From Alphaproteobacteria bacterium (lineage in GTDB: Bacteria > Pseudomonadota > Alphaproteobacteria > RF32 > CAG-239): a stretch of 64,000 nt of DNA. Both the position numbers and the translations under genes were made by a program. Numbering within the stretch: the stretch's first letter is position 1; each line of letters opens with the position of its first letter. The notes below the pieces were generated by a model that saw only the letters and a list, made by a program, of their open reading frames with translations, had not been told where the DNA came from and made no database searches. This document shows, one piece after another, positions 61,980 through 64,000 of this stretch. The stretch covers positions 27,518 through 91,517 of the forward strand of contig JAGBDC010000016.1 of the NCBI GenBank assembly GCA_017937705.1, in the 5' to 3' direction.

Positions 61980-63068
61980 ATGATAAAATTATTTGCATTT
62001 CTTTTCGTATCGGCAATTTCTTTTTCAGCTAATGCACAATTTGCCCCCGGATATGCACCACGATACGATGAGCAGGAAGCAACATCAGAAGAAACAGCTG
62101 CGTACGAACAAGAAGAACAATCCTCTGTTTTTCAATCTGCACCGGCTGTTAGTGTTCCGCAAGCAGAACCTAAACCGGTGATTCCGCAAGCAATAAAAAA
62201 GCCTACTCCTTATGCCGGTAATTTACGAATTTTAGCCACCGTAAACGGAGAAATTATTACAACCGAAGACATAAATCATCGTGTCAGAGCTTTTTGTATG
62301 ACCACAGGAATACCATATAATGAACAAACAAAATTGCTCATCATTAACAAGGTTATGCAAAATACCATTGATGAAAAGTTAAAACTGCAAGATGCAATAA
62401 AAAATAGGATTGATATAACCGAAGAAGAAATAGACAATGCAGTTAGAAATTTTGCTCTAAGTAATAACTCTTCACCGGAAAAGTTAAAACAAGCGTTCAA
62501 AGAATATGGTGTCAGCGAAGAAATATTCCGTGAACAAATGAAAAGCGATTTGAGTTGGGTTCGCTTAGTTCGTAACAGAACATCTTTTGACACCGTTACC
62601 GAAATCGAAATTCAAGATGCTCTTGAATTGGCAAAAAAAGATATTAGCAAAGAAAAATATATGGTATCCGAAATTGTTATCAACAAAAACGATGCCAGAA
62701 ATATTTATGACCTATCCAGAACCTTGCGCCAAGATCCCCGTTTTGAAATGTATGCAGCACAATTTTCACAAAGCCCGAGTGCATCAAGCGGCGGTCGTTT
62801 AGGCTGGATAAATGTAGGACAACTTCCCGAAGAATTAGATAAAAAATTACAAACTATGTCGAGCGGTGATGTATCGGATCCGATTTTATATAATGGCTCA
62901 TATCATATTTTGAAAGTAGAGAAAAAGTTTGATCCCGAAAAAGATAAAATGCCCGATCCGACAGCAGCCGAAATTGAAGATTTACTTCAAGGTCAAAAAA
63001 CCGAACGTTTTGCCTCAAAACACCTTCAATATTTAAGACAAAAGGCTTCCATTGAATTGAAAGAATAA
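61980..63068 (+). CDS. surA: Periplasmic chaperone / parvulin-type PPIase SurA
   Basis: Protein of 362 aa with a signal peptide, a SurA N-terminal domain and one parvulin domain. Confidence 0.85.
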   Translation: MIKLFAFLFVSAISFSANAQFAPGYAPRYDEQEATSEETAAYEQEEQSSVFQSAPAVSVPQAEPKPVIPQAIKKPTPYAGNLRILATVNGEIITTEDINHRVRAFCMTTGIPYNEQTKLLIINKVMQNTIDEKLKLQDAIKNRIDITEEEIDNAVRNFALSNNSSPEKLKQAFKEYGVSEEIFREQMKSDLSWVRLVRNRTSFDTVTEIEIQDALELAKKDISKEKYMVSEIVINKNDARNIYDLSRTLRQDPRFEMYAAQFSQSPSASSGGRLGWINVGQLPEELDKKLQTMSSGDVSDPILYNGSYHILKVEKKFDPEKDKMPDPTAAEIEDLLQGQKTERFASKHLQYLRQKASIELKE

Positions 63069-63070
63069 AA

Positions 63071-63895
63071 ATGCTTCCGACACTGCGAGAAACTGTTGAT
63101 TTTTATGGCCTAATGGCCAACAAAGCATTAGGGCAAAATTTTTTGCTCGACAGTAATATTACCGATAAGATTATACGCCGCAGTCTTGCAAAACAAGAAA
63201 TTTCAAATTTCAACAATTTTAATATTATTGAAGTAGGTCCCGGACCGGGGGGATTGACCCGTTCTATTTTACAAGAAAATCCAAAGTCTTTAACTGTTGT
63301 CGAAATGGATTCTCGTTGTATAAAAATAATGGAAGATTTGCGACCGGAAACGCACTCCCCGATGAACATAATCAACGGTGATGCATTAGAATTTGATATA
63401 AAAGAGATTACATCAGCACCAAGACAAATAATCAGCAATTTGCCTTATAACGTATCTGTTCCGCTGTTGATAAAATGGTTGCAAGAAATAAAAAATATAT
63501 CGGCTATGACTTTGATGTTTCAAAAAGAAGTTGCCGAGAGAATTATGGCACCTACACGTTGCAAAGATTATGGCAGAGTATCGGTTATAGCTCAACTGAC
63601 TTGTCAAATAGATAAACTTATGGACTTAAATCCGGAATGTTTTACACCGGCTCCTAAAATTTGGTCAAGTGTTTTACTGTTTCGTCCGTTAAACAATGCA
63701 ATTAACAAAGAAGAAATTGCCAAGGTTGAAAAAATCACTTCTTTAGCTTTCGGTCAACGTCGTAAAATGTTGCGTCAAAGCTTAAAATCATTATCAGGTA
63801 TAAATGAAAAATTGGAGAAACTTGAAATTTCTTCTACCTGTCGAGCAGAAGAACTTACTCCTCAGCAATTTTTAGATTTGTCACGACTATTTTGA
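63071..63895 (+). CDS. rsmA: 16S rRNA (adenine1518/1519-N6)-dimethyltransferase
   Basis: Protein of 274 aa with GQNFL and EVGPGPGGLT SAM-binding motifs. Confidence 0.9.
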   Translation: MLPTLRETVDFYGLMANKALGQNFLLDSNITDKIIRRSLAKQEISNFNNFNIIEVGPGPGGLTRSILQENPKSLTVVEMDSRCIKIMEDLRPETHSPMNIINGDALEFDIKEITSAPRQIISNLPYNVSVPLLIKWLQEIKNISAMTLMFQKEVAERIMAPTRCKDYGRVSVIAQLTCQIDKLMDLNPECFTPAPKIWSSVLLFRPLNNAINKEEIAKVEKITSLAFGQRRKMLRQSLKSLSGINEKLEKLEISSTCRAEELTPQQFLDLSRLF

Positions 63896-64000
63896 TTTTG
63901 TCAAAATTTTGTTGATTAATAAAAAAAATAGTGATATATAGACGTCGCTATAGATAATTATTAACCAATTAAATACAACTTTCTATGAACCAAAAAGATG

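Overview
The window is a low-GC chromosomal segment from a diderm bacterium, with LptD, SurA and LptF/G present. Housekeeping genes run about 40% GC and some orphan genes about 25-30% GC, both estimated by eye. The backbone is conserved. The full S10-spc-alpha ribosomal-protein cluster (rpsJ through rplQ, with secY and adk, and no infA or rpmJ) lies on the minus strand at 24.2-40.5 kb. The rimP-nusA-ylxR/L7Ae-infB-rbfA-truB-rpsO-pnp operon lies on the plus strand at 46.6-55.6 kb. Other conserved genes are uvrB, smpB, ftsB, ftsEX, argS, metG, gap-pgk, tadA, dtd, rsmD, plsC, a H+-pyrophosphatase and lptF/G-lptD-surA-rsmA. I found no tRNA, rRNA, CRISPR array or IS element. The non-core content is the interesting part. 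(1) At the left edge is a more than 1170-aa protein whose N-terminus is a prepilin-type (class III) signal; it continues beyond the window edge. It is tightly coupled to a Gly/Cys-rich membrane-anchored partner gene. (2) A divergent operon encodes a FliM/FliN-like (SpoA-domain) protein and two TM/coiled-coil proteins, fused into the uvrB transcription unit, with no other flagellar genes in 64 kb. (3) A second pilin-like gene is inserted, behind its own terminator, between rplO and secY. (4) rpoA and rplQ are split by 1.7 kb. The insert holds an XRE-type regulator preceded by a structured leader RNA of about 200 nt whose intrinsic terminator abuts the ribosome-binding site, an attenuator-like arrangement. 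It also holds an oppositely oriented dtd and a small membrane protein, and rplQ appears to be an independent transcription unit. (5) A very AT-rich 1309-aa orphan protein with no signal peptide lies between metG and rimP; its C-terminus is Cys/His-rich, and it may be a candidate effector. A bactofilin-M23 peptidase-ftsB module, an orphan HNH nuclease, and several intrinsic terminators and leader hairpins are also described. Coordinates of hairpins are approximate (+/- a few nt). Taxonomic placement (Alphaproteobacteria-like operon architecture versus another low-GC diderm lineage rich in pilin-like genes) cannot be settled from sequence alone.
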